A stretch of 63,722 nt of DNA, filler included, from Octopus bimaculoides (Eukaryota), in assembly GCF_001194135.2 (NCBI RefSeq). It is 5 parts of 5 records of this genome, joined end to end, with 100 filler letters (N's around TTAATTAATTAA, not from the genome) between each part and the next. Parts side by side here need not be neighbours in the genome. Positions count along the whole stretch, not along the records: positions 1 to 22,565 come from NC_068984.1; 4 more parts are not named here. One strand, given 5' to 3'. A model generated the notes under the pieces. It made no database searches. It was not told where the DNA came from and saw only the letters and a program-made list of their open reading frames with translations. Below, piece after piece: positions 11,221 to 22,665 of the stretch; position 1 is the first letter of the stretch; each line of letters begins with the position of its first letter. The position numbers and the translations under genes are program-made.

Positions 11221-12245
11221 TAAAGAACGAACGCGGCCATGGATTCTGGACTACCAACCAATAATACTATACGAGACGTAAAATTCATTTTTACACAGCG
11301 TCGTCTACTTGCTAAAAATAGCAGCAACATGCTCGTCACATGCGAACAATTTCACTCGCAACCCATAGTCTTGGGTTAAAAAAAAAACAAAAAAAAATCT
11401 CATCAAGGTCGACGCTAATGGTCGTACAGTGTGTCTGTCGACTGTCTGTAAAAGCGTACCTTTTCGAACACCACTGTCAACATTACCACCACACATACAG
11501 AACAACCAGTTTTACATTGACGACATCAACTACTACTACCAACTACAAGCATTCCCCCGATGTCGCCAACAGTTTCAACAGGACATCATTACCACCGTCA
11601 ACATCATTACCACCACACATACAGAACACAGCTATATTACAGTTCCTGCGCCGACGTCTTCTCCATCAATGTACTGTCTACCACAATGTCGTGCGCCAAC
11701 AACCCCACCACCAGGGACACACCAGATCAACACACTCGGTTTTATCTTCACTGTATGAGTGGAATTTTCCCCTCACGCACAACAGTCAGAGCTAGCCGAC
11801 TAGGATATTTAGTACCAGGTAACAGGTCGAAACTCGCATCGATGCTCAACTACAGCTCTGCCAACTGACCACNNNNNNNNNNNNNNNNNNNNNNNNNNNN
11901 NNNNNNNNNNNNNNNNNNNNNNNNNNNNNNNNNNNNNNNNNNNNNNNNNNNNNNNNNNNNNNNNNNNNNNNNNNNNNNNNNNNNNNNNNNNNNNNNNNNN
12001 NNNNNNNNNNNNNNNNNNNNNNNNNNNNNNNNNNNNNNNNNNNNNNNNNNNNNNNNNNNNNNNNNNNNNNNNNNNNNNNNNNNNNNNNNNNNNNNNNNNN
12101 NNNNNNNNNNNNNNNNNNNNNNNNNNNNNNNNNNNNNNNNNNNNNNNNNNNNNNNNNNNNNNNNNNNNNNNNNNNNNNNNNNNNNNNNNNNNNNNNNNNN
12201 NNNNNNNNNNNNNNNNNNNNNNNNNNNNNTTGTGCATTCTGCACT

Positions 12246-12258
12246 GGCAAGGGAGCCC
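12246..12258 (+). promoter_or_regulatory. Polypurine-tract-like sequence
   Basis: ggcaagggagccc immediately precedes the 3' LTR TG. Confidence 0.55.
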
Positions 12259-12611
12259 TGTAGTAATGCCGTGCGCATGCATAGTCTCACGCATGCGTGG
12301 AATTCAACATCCAAGCTTTCCCGCTTTATTCTGTCTCTTTCTTGCTGGCCAGCGATTGAGCATGGACGTGTCTAGCTGTCTTCTCTCCATCTTTCGAACT
12401 CACGCTAGACAGCTCACATCAACATACCAACGTCCCAACAACCATGTTCTCACACACAGAAGGCGTCTCAACAACCAAGAGTAAAGCTGTATATTTTCCA
12501 CCATAAATAAATATTGTTGAGTTGATAGTTTGGAGTTTTGCGTTCCGTTCAATTCTAATTTAATATAGGAGATTGGGTGTACACCTAATGGTGTATAACC
12601 AATTTCCCACA
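12259..12611 (+). repeat. 3' LTR (353 bp)
   Basis: tgtagtaatgccgtgcgc...accaatttcccaca, roughly 90% identical to the 5' LTR by eye. Confidence 0.92.
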
Positions 12612-12838
12612 GAATCATATCCTACAGTAACATCCTTAATTAATACTTCCTTTTCTAAAGATGTCAGCATGCTAATAGGTATAGCATCATGCTTCAAGAG
12701 AGTTTGTTTGGCACCAGTGTTTCTAAAAAGTGTAACAGACTTAGGGGTAGATGAACTATCAGAAGTAGCAGTAATACTAGAACTATCCACAACTGAAGTC
12801 ATAATTAAATCTGCATCAGCAGCATCAGAAACACCCAC
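12612..12838 (-). pseudogene. pol: Gypsy aspartic protease N-terminal part
   Basis: KSVTLFRNTGAKQTLL, a degenerate (L/I)RDTGA active site. Continues at 10852 after the nested insertion with LPIDGVDLLLGND. Confidence 0.75.
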
Positions 12839-12999
12839 ATCTGGGATCCAACTTAATCTTAAATAAAGCCCCTGTGTCCAAAAAACACTTAAAACCTGAT
12901 GGCACAGCTAACTCTACAGAACCTACAACATTTGACAAATCACAACACTTAAAAGCTGCTTCAGGAACAGCTCAATCCCTAGACTGACCTGCTTGAGCT

Positions 13000-14075
13000 G
13001 CCTCCTTAGCCCTAAACTTTCTACAATCAGCAATTAACTGTCTGGGAATCTTACAGTAATGGCAGGATTTAGAAGAAGCACTATACTGAAGCCTTCTGCT
13101 GTATCTGACCTACTTCTGTTTTCTGAGTAACACCATCTGACTTGATAAACTGTTTTTTATTTTCATTCTTTTGTTGACACTTACCATGATTCAATGCATA
13201 CTCATAGGCAAGTTTTGCTGCTTCAGCTAAAGTATTAATCTGCCTTTCAGCTACAAAAACTCTCACGTCATAGGGAGACTTATTCAGGAACTCTTCTATC
13301 AACATCAACTCTTCCAACTGACTGAAAGTATCAACTTTTTTTAGACCTAAGCCACTTACCCCACATGACATTTTTTCCTAGCGAATTCCATGTGAGAATT
13401 TTTCCAAGCATGCCTAAACTTTTGTCAGTACACTTCAGCTACTTGTTCATGACAATCTAATATCTTCTATTTAACTGAGTCATAATCTTTGCAATCAGCT
13501 ACACTTATAGCAGAATAAACCTCTAAACCTTTCCCAGTAAGTTGAATTTGGAGTAGTATTGACCACTTAGTTTTAGGCCATTTCAATAACTCAGCTGTTT
13601 TCTCAAAAGCTAAGAAATAATTATCCAAATCACTATCCTGGAATCTCGGAACAAATTTACTAGCACTAGCAATGTTAAAGCATTTAGATGAAGTAACAAC
13701 ATCAGCCTCCTCAGACTCAGAATCAATTTGATTCGGTTTTAATTTTAGTTCTAACACTTGAAGTTCATGCGCCTGCTTCTCTTTACCGGCGGCACTTTTT
13801 TCTTGTTCTAAACTAATTTGCAGCCTTAACTTTTCAAGTTCATAAGCTATCATTCTTTCACTAGCTGATAATTGAGGGACAGCTGAATCAGAGTTTGTCT
13901 CATCACCGATGGCAGACATTTTACCCTCAACAATTAGGGCCTGTTTCACATGGGAAAAAATTACATTTTTAAAATTACTTGCAGATACCTCTAAACTTTG
14001 ATTAACTGCTGCAGTTCCCTCAAAGTGATGGTATCTTTCAGCAGTAAGGCTTCCACCATGGTGCACCCCATCCAC
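13000..14075 (-). pseudogene. gag: Gmr1-type gag (capsid with SCAN-like C-terminal domain and degenerate zinc knuckle)
   Basis: FVPRFQDSDLDNYFLAFEKTAELLKWPKTKWSILLQ..LTGKG; LEELMLIEEFLNKSPYDVRVFVAER..TLAEAAKLA.EY; CHYCKIPRQLIADC. Confidence 0.85.
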
Positions 14076-14220
14076 GACTACTGTAGTTTACAATATGGTA
14101 AGACACCAGTTAAAACAGGTTTACATATAATATCACAATGGTGATATTTGACAAAAGGCTCTTTAACAATTTACAAAAAAAATTTTTTTTTTAAGAAAAA
14201 ATTGGTGTGTACAACTTTTA

Positions 14221-14460
14221 CTCTTTTACTTCTTTCGGTCATTTGACTGCGGCCATGCTGGAGCACCGCCTTTAGTTAAGCAAATCGACCCCAGGACTTA
14301 TTCTTTGTAAACCTAGTACTTATTCAATCGATCTCTTTTGCTGAACCGCTAAGTTACAGGGATGTAAACACACCAGCATTGGTTATCAAGCGATGTTGGG
14401 GGGACAAACACAGACACACAAATACACACACACATATATATATATATACATATACATATA
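14221..14460 (-). mobile_element. tRNA-derived octopus-type SINE, 3' part
   Basis: tcttttacttctttcggtcatttgactgcggccatgctggagcaccgcc...gaaccgctaagttac...gggacaaacacagacac. Confidence 0.88.
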
Positions 14461-15370
14461 TACGANNNNNNNNNNNNNNNNNNNNNNNNNNNNNNNNNNN
14501 NNNNNNNNNNNNNNNNNNNNNNNNNNNNNNNNNNNNNNNNNNNNNNNNNNNNNNNNNNNNNNNNNNNNNNNNNNNNNNNNNNNNNNNNNNNNNNNNNNNN
14601 NNNNNNNNNNNNNNNNNNNNNNNNNNNNNNNNNNNNNNNNNNNNNNNNNNNNNNNNNNNNNNNNNNNNNNNNNNNNNNNNNNNNNNNNNNNNNNNNNNNN
14701 NNNNNNNNNNNNNNNNNNNNNNNNNNNNNNNNNNNNNNNNNNNNNNNNNNNNNNNNNNNNNNNNNNNNNNNNNNNNNNNNNNNNNNNNNNNNNNNNNNNN
14801 NNNNNNNNNNNNNNNNNNNNNNNNNNNNNNNNNNNNNNNNNNNNNNNNNNNNNNNNNNNNNNNNNNNNNNNNNNNNNNNNNNNNNNNNNNNNNNNNNNNN
14901 NNNNNNNNNNNNNNNNNNNNNNNNNNNNNNNNNNNNNNNNNNNNNNNNNNNNNNNNNNNNNNNNNNNNNNNNNNNNNNNNNNNNNNNNNNNNNNNNNNNN
15001 NNNNNNNNNNNNNNNNNNNNNNNNNNNNNNNNNNNNNNNNNNNNNNNNNNNNNNNNNNNNNNNNNNNNNNNNNNNNNNNNNNNNNNNNNNNNNNNNNNNN
15101 NNNNNNNNNNNNNNNNNNNNNNNNNNNNNNNNNNNNNNNNNNNNNNNNNNNNNNNNNNNNNNNNNNNNNNNNNNNNNNNNNNNNNNNNNNNNNNNNNNNN
15201 NNNNNNNNNNNNNNNNNNNNNNNNNNNNNNNNNNNNNNNNNNNNNNNNNNNNNNNNNNNNNNNNNNNNNNNNNNNNNNNNNNNNNNNNNNNNNNNNNNNN
15301 NNNNNNNNNNNNNNNNNNNNNNNNNNNNNNNNNNNNNNNNNNNNNNNNNNNNNNNNNNNNNNNNNNNNNN

Positions 15371-18300
15371 NATGTTTTTTCACATGCCACCAGCACAAGT
15401 GCCAGTAAGGCAACGTTGGGAATGATCATGCTCAAATGATGCTATTTACATGCCACCAGCACGGAAGCCAGGCAGCTGCTCTGGCAATGATCATGCTTGG
15501 ATGGTGCTGTTAGCGCTCCACTGGCATGGGCGCCAGTCATCGAATTTGGTTCAATTACGATTTAGATTTCACTTGCCCCAACAGGTCTTTGCAAGCAGAG
15601 TTTAGTGTCCAATGAAGGAAAGGTGCACATAAGTGGGCTGGCTACACCCCTGGCAAAGGCAATGGATTATGGTCTCACTTGGCTTGCCAGGTCTTCTCAC
15701 GCTCAGCATATTTCCAAAGGTCTCGGTCACTAGTCATTGCCTCTGTGACGCCTAATGTTTGAAGGTCATGCTTCACCACCTCATCTCAGGTCTTCCTGAG
15801 TCTACCTCTTACACAGGTTCCCTCAACCGCTTGGGTGTGGCACTTTTTCACACAGCTATCCTCATCCATTCTCACCACATGACCATACCAACACAATCGT
15901 CTCTCTTGCACACCACAACTGATGCTTCTTAGGTACAACTTTTCTCTGAAGTTACTTACACTCTGTCAAGTATGCACACTGACATTACACATCCATCGGA
16001 GCATATTGGCTTCATTTCTTGTGAGCTTACGCATGTTCTCAGCAGTCAAGGCCCATGTTTCACTGCCATGTAGCATGCATAGCTGTTCATACACATGCAT
16101 CATACACTCTGCTTTTTACTCTGAGCGAGAGGCCCGTTGTCACCAGCAGAGGTAAGAGCTCTCTGAACTTTGCCCAGGCTATTCTTATTCTAGCAGCTAC
16201 ACTTTCAGCGCACCCTCCACCGCTACTGACTTGGTCACCTAGGTAATGGAAGCTATCAACTACTTCTAGTTTTTCTCCCTGGAATGTGGCAGAAGTTGTT
16301 CTCTGTAGTTTTTCAGTGTTTATTGCTCCTGAGCATCTGCCACATACAAAAACTAACTTCCTAGTTAACCTTCCTTTGATATTGCTGCACCTCTTATGTG
16401 TCCATAGCTTACACTGGGTACATCTTATAGAGTTTCTACTTACGCCTTTTCTACAGATCGAGCAGGGCCATCTACCTGAAGGGGTTTGTGGTTTGTCTAC
16501 CTTCCTATTAGGACTTTGGTTTTAGCTAGGTTGACTCTAGGGCCCTTCGATTTTAATCCTTGCTTCTACATCTGAAACTTCTCCTCTAGTTCTGATAGTG
16601 ACTCAGCAATTAGAGCAAGGTCATCAGAATAGAGGAGCTCCCAGGGGCATCCTGTCTTGAATTCCTCTGTTATTGCCTGGAGGACTATGATAAATAGGAG
16701 GGGGCTAAGGACAGAACCTTTGTGGACCCCTACCTCTACCCGGAATTCTTCACTGTACTCATTGCCAACCCTCACCTTACTGACAGCATCCCTGTGCATG
16801 GCTTTCACAGCTCTCACTAACNNNNNNNNNNNNNNNNNNNNNNNNNNNNNNNNNNNNNNNNNNNNNNNNNNNNNNNNNNNNNNNNNNNNNNNNNNNNNNN
16901 NNNNNNNNNNNNNNNNNNNNNNNNNNNNNNNNNNNNNNNNNNNNNNNNNNNNNNNNNNNNNNNNNNNNNNNNNNNNNNNNNNNNNNNNNNNNNNNNNNNN
17001 NNNNNNNNNNNNNNNNNNNNNNNNNNNNNNNNNNNNNNNNNNNNNNNNNNNNNNNNNNNNNNNNNNNNNNNNNNNNNNNNNNNNNNNNNNNNNNNNNNNN
17101 NNNNNNNNNNNNNNNNNNNNNNNNNNNNNNNNNNNNNNNNNNNNNNNNNNNNNNNNNNNNNNNNNNNNNNNNNNNNNNNNNNNNNNNNNNNNNNNNNNNN
17201 NNNNNNNNNNNNNNNNNNNNNNNNNNNNNNNNNNNNNNNNNNNNNNNNNNNNNNNNNNNNNNNNNNNNNNNNNNNNNNNNNNNNNNNNNNNNNNNNNNNN
17301 NNNNNNNNNNNNNNNNNNNNNNNNNNNNNNNNNNNNNNNNNNNNNNNNNNNNNNNNNNNNNNNNNNNNNNNNNNNNNNNNNNNNNNNNNNNNNNNNNNNN
17401 NNNNNNNNNNNNNNNNNNNNNNNNNNNNNNNNNNNNNNNNNNNNNNNNNNNNNNNNNNNNNNNNNNNNNNNNNNNNNNNNNNNNNNNNNNNNNNNNNNNN
17501 NNNNNNNNNNNNNNNNNNNNNNNNNNNNNNNNNNNNNNNNNNNNNNNNNNNNNNNNNNNNNNNNNNNNNNNNNNNNNNNNNNNNNNNNNNNNNNNNNNNN
17601 NNNNNNNNNNNNNNNNNNNNTTCTCTCCTACGACATCACGATTCTCTCTCACATACTGTCTTGCAACACAAAATACCTCAAGTCTTTGGTCCTCACGGTG
17701 CAGAACATTGGCAAATTTTTTCTTATCTGCTTCCCCTCTAGCTAAATAAACCTGTCTCCTAACTTCCCTTCTGGCAGTCTGATACAATTCCCTGTTACCA
17801 CCGTTCTTTCAGTCCTTCCAAGCCTGTTTCTTTTCTCCAATAGCCCTGTCAACAACATTGTTCCACCACCACATTATTTTGGGTCAAGAGGGGACTTTGC
17901 ACCATCCACAGATCTGGTCAGTGGCCCTCAGCAGGTTGTCACATAGAAACCTCCAGTTGTCTTCTACATCATGTGAAGCTATATCCCCTTCTATTTCGTC
18001 AAAGGCTCCAAGTAATACGTCTCTAAATCTCTGTCCATTTGCAGGAACTTTAAGCTTCCAGACCCTTCTCCATGCTGGTCATCTTCTGGGCAACCACTTT
18101 GCCCTGATCCTGAAGTCACTAACTACTAGTCTATGTTGTAGGGTACGTTCTTCGCCTGGGTTAAGTTTTGGCATTTATAAGCAGCCATCTTTCCCTTTGC
18201 CTGGCGAGGATGTAGTCAATTTGGCTAGTGCGTCTGCCAGAACGGTAGGTGACTAGGTGACTGGCAGGTTTCCTTAAGTTAGTATTGCAAACCATAAGGT

Positions 18301-18454
18301 CATTTGCATTGCAGAACTCCAGCAGCCTGGTTCCCTCCTCATTGCGAGAACCAAAACCATAGCCTCCATGTTCACCATAGAAGCCCCCTGCATGTTGTCC
18401 AACATGTCCATTGAAGTTACCAGCCACAAAGAGAAGGTCCCTGTCATTCGTCAT
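15371..18454 (-). mobile_element. RTE-clade LINE (APE endonuclease, RT, 3' UTR), degraded, with an internal assembly gap
   Basis: Endonuclease: LFVAGNFNGHVG...GYGFGSRNEEGTRLLEFC...SQIDYIL. RT: GVHKGSVLSPLLFIIVL...ELLYSDDLALI. The ORF ends ..EKTWQAK* near 15680, followed by a 3' UTR homologous to 4790-5180. Confidence 0.92.
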
Positions 18455-18669
18455 TATAAAAATGTGTTAGTGTCATCTAATTTCTGAATAGTTTTGCTGT
18501 AGTTTGTTTATATGATTTGATTTCTTTATCCATCAGTTTCTACTAAGATAGAGATACAAGTAAAATTAGAGAAACAAAAATTAAATTTTGGAAACAGCCT
18601 AAAGGGAGATAATTGAAAAAGACTTGAAAGTCAATGTAAGAACATAATCATGTAAAGTTAAGTAAATAT

Positions 18670-18868
18670 AACAAATAATCCAGAATCCTTGTCCAGTACC
18701 GGATTGATCCGAAAATCTAATCAGTTCATGCTAGTCACAAGGCCAAACGTCCCTGAAAGTTTCGTCCAAATCTATCCAGCGGTTCTTGAGATATTTTGTC
18801 CATGGACAAAGAAATACACATGCACAACTGAAAACAATACCTCCGCCTTTGCTAAGGTGGAGTTAATA
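18670..18868 (+). mobile_element. Short non-autonomous element with a terminal GC hairpin (Helentron/HINE-like)
   Basis: Ends aaaacaatac CTCCGCCTT tgct AAGGTGGAG ttaat; 9-bp stem at 18841-18862. Confidence 0.45.
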
Positions 18869-20029
18869 GCGAGTATTTTCTTGCATTTAATAACTGACAA
18901 GTAATGAACATTATTGTGCACTGTCCTAGTACACCTCACTTTGCTTTACTGCTGTATAACTGAAGCTTTCCATCATATGTTTCAGACAAGACAGTAAAAC
19001 AAGAAACATATTTCAGTTTGATCAGCTATCACATGACAAATGTCTGTAACCCAATCCTAGACTTGGATGAAACTGAATTTCATCAGTTTACTGCATAGCT
19101 GTTCTCCACATTAGTAAATAAGCTTTGTTGTTGTTTTTTCTTTAATACTCCAAGAAGGTAGAACAGTCCTTTAAACCCTTCTAGACCTTCAAGTTTGATA
19201 AGGTAGATCATTGGGATGGACATTCAGCTTGATCTTCCATTGGTCAGTTTCTGTGATCAAAATTTGAGCAAAGAAGGAATCATAGAAATTCACAGCTCTG
19301 AAGAGGAGTGATAGGACAGTGTTTAATGGAACTGGAGATGAGAGACACTAAAGATAACAAGAGGTAAGCAAGCAGAGATATTAGGATGGGTATGTGATTT
19401 GCTAGTTCAGAAGTAGCTGACACTCTTCATAGATGTAAAATACAAATTACTGGTAGTGAAATAATCGTTGTATGTCAACAAGTTAACATTTGCTTAGCAT
19501 TTGGGTGATTTAGAGGGGGGGGGGTTGTTAATGTTATCTCAAATATTTGTGTAATTAACCATAGTGCAACTCTAATATATTGGCAGTAGTCTAACTTGTG
19601 GGTAATTTATATCCTTTTGAGGGCCAGGAAATATCAAGGATGAAGTACTTATCTTTGAAGTGAAAGCCTGATATTCAGGATTTCACTTTGACAATGTTAC
19701 AGGCGCATGATTTACAGTGACTTTGATGGTTTGAACTATTAGTTGTTACCAATTTGAAATGGTAACTTGTATATTTATATGTTGTGTTGCAATTGTATTT
19801 AGATAATGTAGAGACAGGATTGCCATGTCTCATTAAATGTTTTTAAATCTATATTCACAGAAGTAATGAATGTTTTGCAAGAGATAATTTAACTTGTGTG
19901 TGTATGATGCTTTGAATGCAAGTATACTGAAGTAGCTAAGAGTGACAGTTTACATGTTATTTATGCACAAAAAACAAGTATTTGAAAGATATAACTGAAT
20001 GTTGAGGTACATCATAGTTGACAAACTGT

Positions 20030-20880
20030 GGGTTTAAAAGAGAGAGAGAGAGCCCTGTAAAAATTAATTTTTTAAATGCCAAGACAAGAAGGAGCAATCT
20101 GAGAATTTTCAATCTAAGAGATGAGTTATGTGTACCATGTGCCAGACTTGATTAAAGTTTTTCTGGAAGAGTGTGAATGTGATCAGGTTGGGATATTTTA
20201 ATCATAGGAATTCACCCAAATATTGGTTTATATGGCTGATATTATCACTCATATTAATATCCTGAGGAAATGTTTTTAAGGAAATGGGATTATATTGAAG
20301 GCTTAAGGGAAGTTAAATAACTTCAGAGATAAGTTACCTGTTAGGTGTTGTAGGATAGAAAGAAGGAGTTTGTCATGTTTCATTTTACATGAAAAGACAA
20401 TTGATGGTGTTGGATCCACATCTCTAAAATGTATGAAGAAATTGGCTCTTATTTGGAAATGATGTCAAAACTGTTTGATGAATATTTTACTGCTGACAAC
20501 CAGGAAATTTCAGAAAAATTGATTATGAACCCATATTTCTACAATTTGGAGAAAATGTCAGATAATGATGAACTGAAGAAAGATCTTATTTACTTACAAA
20601 AATGTCAAGCCCTTGAATTGCAATTTCAAGCAAAGCTTTGAAGAAATTTTGATGTTCAACACTGGATATGCTGCCAAGTCTTTGAGGTAAAGCACTTTGT
20701 GTCCTCATTCTATTTGTGATAACATAACTTATATGAATCTGAATTCAATCCTCTCTTGCCAAGACAAGATTTTAGAAGTACCTGAATCCACAGCCCAACC
20801 AGCAGATCAGTCAGTAAGAAACTTCCACTTCTCAGTGAAGTTAATAATGTGAGGCAGCCACAAAGAAGTTCTTGAATTTT
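20030..20880 (+). pseudogene. hAT (Charlie/ZBED-type) transposase C-terminal remnant
   Basis: EEIGSYLEMMSKLFDEYF; DELKKDLIYLQKCQALELQFQAK. The downstream frameshifted segment resembles the ALCVLIPF.TTYLCES.FS.L..IKT dimerisation domain. Confidence 0.65.
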
Positions 20881-21123
20881 ATTTTCACAATTGTGATTAA
20901 TTGTATTATTTACTTCTTTTTTTCTTTTGCTAATCACACAATTTACATTTGCGTTTTATGTACTAAATTGGAAGCTTACTATTTTAGCTCAGTTTGTTCA
21001 CCCCCTTTCCTGTATTTTTTCATTTAAAAAAATGTTATTTGAAAATTAACTTTCTTTTATCTTCAAATGTGATATTACTTTTGTGAGGAGTATCAAAGTT
21101 CAAGTATTGTAGAAGCTAAAAAG

Positions 21124-21469
21124 AAAGGGTAAAGATACCCTTCAGTCATGAATGGTCATGGGATTGCACCTAGAAAGTTAAAACCCCAGAACCACATGTC
21201 TGGGCAAGGTTGTTTATGGAAGACCAGCAATTGCCCATGCATACCAGCCTACCCTCCTCACACCATCGATGTTATCTAAGGGAAAGGCAAAGGCCATACA
21301 ATTTGGCAGCAATGATGTTGTAATTCATTTCTACAGCTGAGTAAACTGGAGCAATGTGAAATAAAGTGTCTTGCTCAAGAACACAACATACAACCCAGTC
21401 CAGGCATTGAACTCACTACCTTATGGTTGCGAGCATGACACTCTAACCACTGAGTCATGCACCTTCACT
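21124..21469 (-). mobile_element. tRNA-derived SINE with a conserved-core-like central domain
   Basis: Minus strand: A box tgactcagtggttag, B box gagttcaatgcc, then gtgttcttgagcaagacactttatttcacattgctccagtttactcagctg. The superfamily (Nin/Meta/Deu) is not verified. Confidence 0.7.
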
Positions 21470-22565
21470 GGGGTGGGAAGAGGTTCAATAAATAGAGTAT
21501 CATTCCAGGACAGAAGGTTCGCACAATTCCTAGAGCATTAGACAGCATAACTTGCAATATCTACTTCAGCTCTTTGAGTTCTGAGTTCAAACCCTACCTT
21601 GTGAAAAAAAAAAAAATATTGACACTTGCAACCAACAGTTAGTAATGAAAAAAAGAAAAGAAAAACCTAATGGTTATATTTTATGTAGGACTTTGGAAGT
21701 TTTGCAGTGTCTACATTCATGACTACAGAGCTGATGCATTCTGCAAATAACAATTGCATTTTTTGTTTTGCATATTGTTTCTAGAACTGAATTTCTTGAT
21801 GTATTTCTCCTATATTTTTTATATGATTGGGAGCTTTGCTCTCTCCAAGGTGTGCATGCTTAAGTTTTGCTATCAGTGCACACCAAAGAAATTAATGTAT
21901 ACAAAAGATTAAGAATTGTTGCCTAAAAAATGTAGTAGTTAATAATCATATTTATTTCGTTTATACATACTTTTGTCATACACATACTTTATGCATACCT
22001 ACAATGAAAAATAGTAGAGTAGTGAAGGGAGATTTAGGAAATTCCAACAGGTCAAACTGACTTATCTAGTGACTCCGTCACTAGTTAAAAACATATAGTG
22101 TCTATTTTTACCTATTTCTTTTCTAGAGGAATTATCACCCCAGAATTTTATTAGGGTAGGTTTGAAATAAATTTATATTCACTCATATACTTTATGGTGT
22201 ATTATGTAATTATTTATTTATTATATTTTTATGTATCATTAGCAGCGCCAAATGATTCTTAAATAACAGAAATTCCCAGGGCATTATCAACTAATAAACA
22301 GAAATGGCAAAATTCTGGTTTAGACACCTCATAGCTTTTTTATTTTTTTAAATTTTCAGAAAATCTTTTGCGAATTTGTGGGAATTCATACGATTATGCA
22401 ATTTTTTTTTTTACCCACCCCGCCCCATTTCTAATATATCATAAAATTTCTACTCTTTTTCGATTTGACATTTGTTTCTGTTTATAATTTTAAAATAATT
22501 TTTGTAATCCAAATTCAAAAAGTTCAAGATATTCGCGCATACGCATGGCCTATTATAGATTCTGG

Positions 22566-22665
22566 NNNNNNNNNNNNNNNNNNNNNNNNNNNNNNNNNNN
22601 NNNNNNNNNTTAATTAATTAANNNNNNNNNNNNNNNNNNNNNNNNNNNNNNNNNNNNNNNNNNNN
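22566..22665. other. Artificial scaffold-join spacer (N44-TTAATTAATTAA-N44); identical spacers at 45221-45320, 57091-57190 and 61777-61876
   Basis: Each is exactly 100 bp with an all-frame stop linker centred in Ns. Confidence 0.95.

Larger units (their letters stand above)
10853..12611 (+). mobile_element. Nested non-autonomous Gypsy-derived LTR element (TRIM/LARD-like), about 1.76 kb including a 357-N gap
   Basis: Two TG...CA LTRs; 4-bp TSD GAAT (10849-10852 and 12612-12615); PBS and PPT present. Removing it rejoins the host protease frame GYDS|IPLYQVHLDC. Confidence 0.9.
8831..14075 (-). mobile_element. Degraded Gmr1-type Ty3/Gypsy LTR retrotransposon (gag-PR-INT-RT order); RT truncated and own LTRs not seen
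   Basis: Minus-strand order is gag (14075-13000), protease (12838-12612 plus 10852-10700), integrase (about 10300-9354), then RT N-terminus (9090-8831). Confidence 0.85.

Noticed and set aside
22610-22621. TTAATTAATTAA islands inside N runs (also 45265-45276, 57135-57146, 61821-61832)
   Set aside because: The identical N44-12-N44 format marks an artificial scaffolding linker with stops in all frames. It is not biology, and adjacency across these joins is uncertain.
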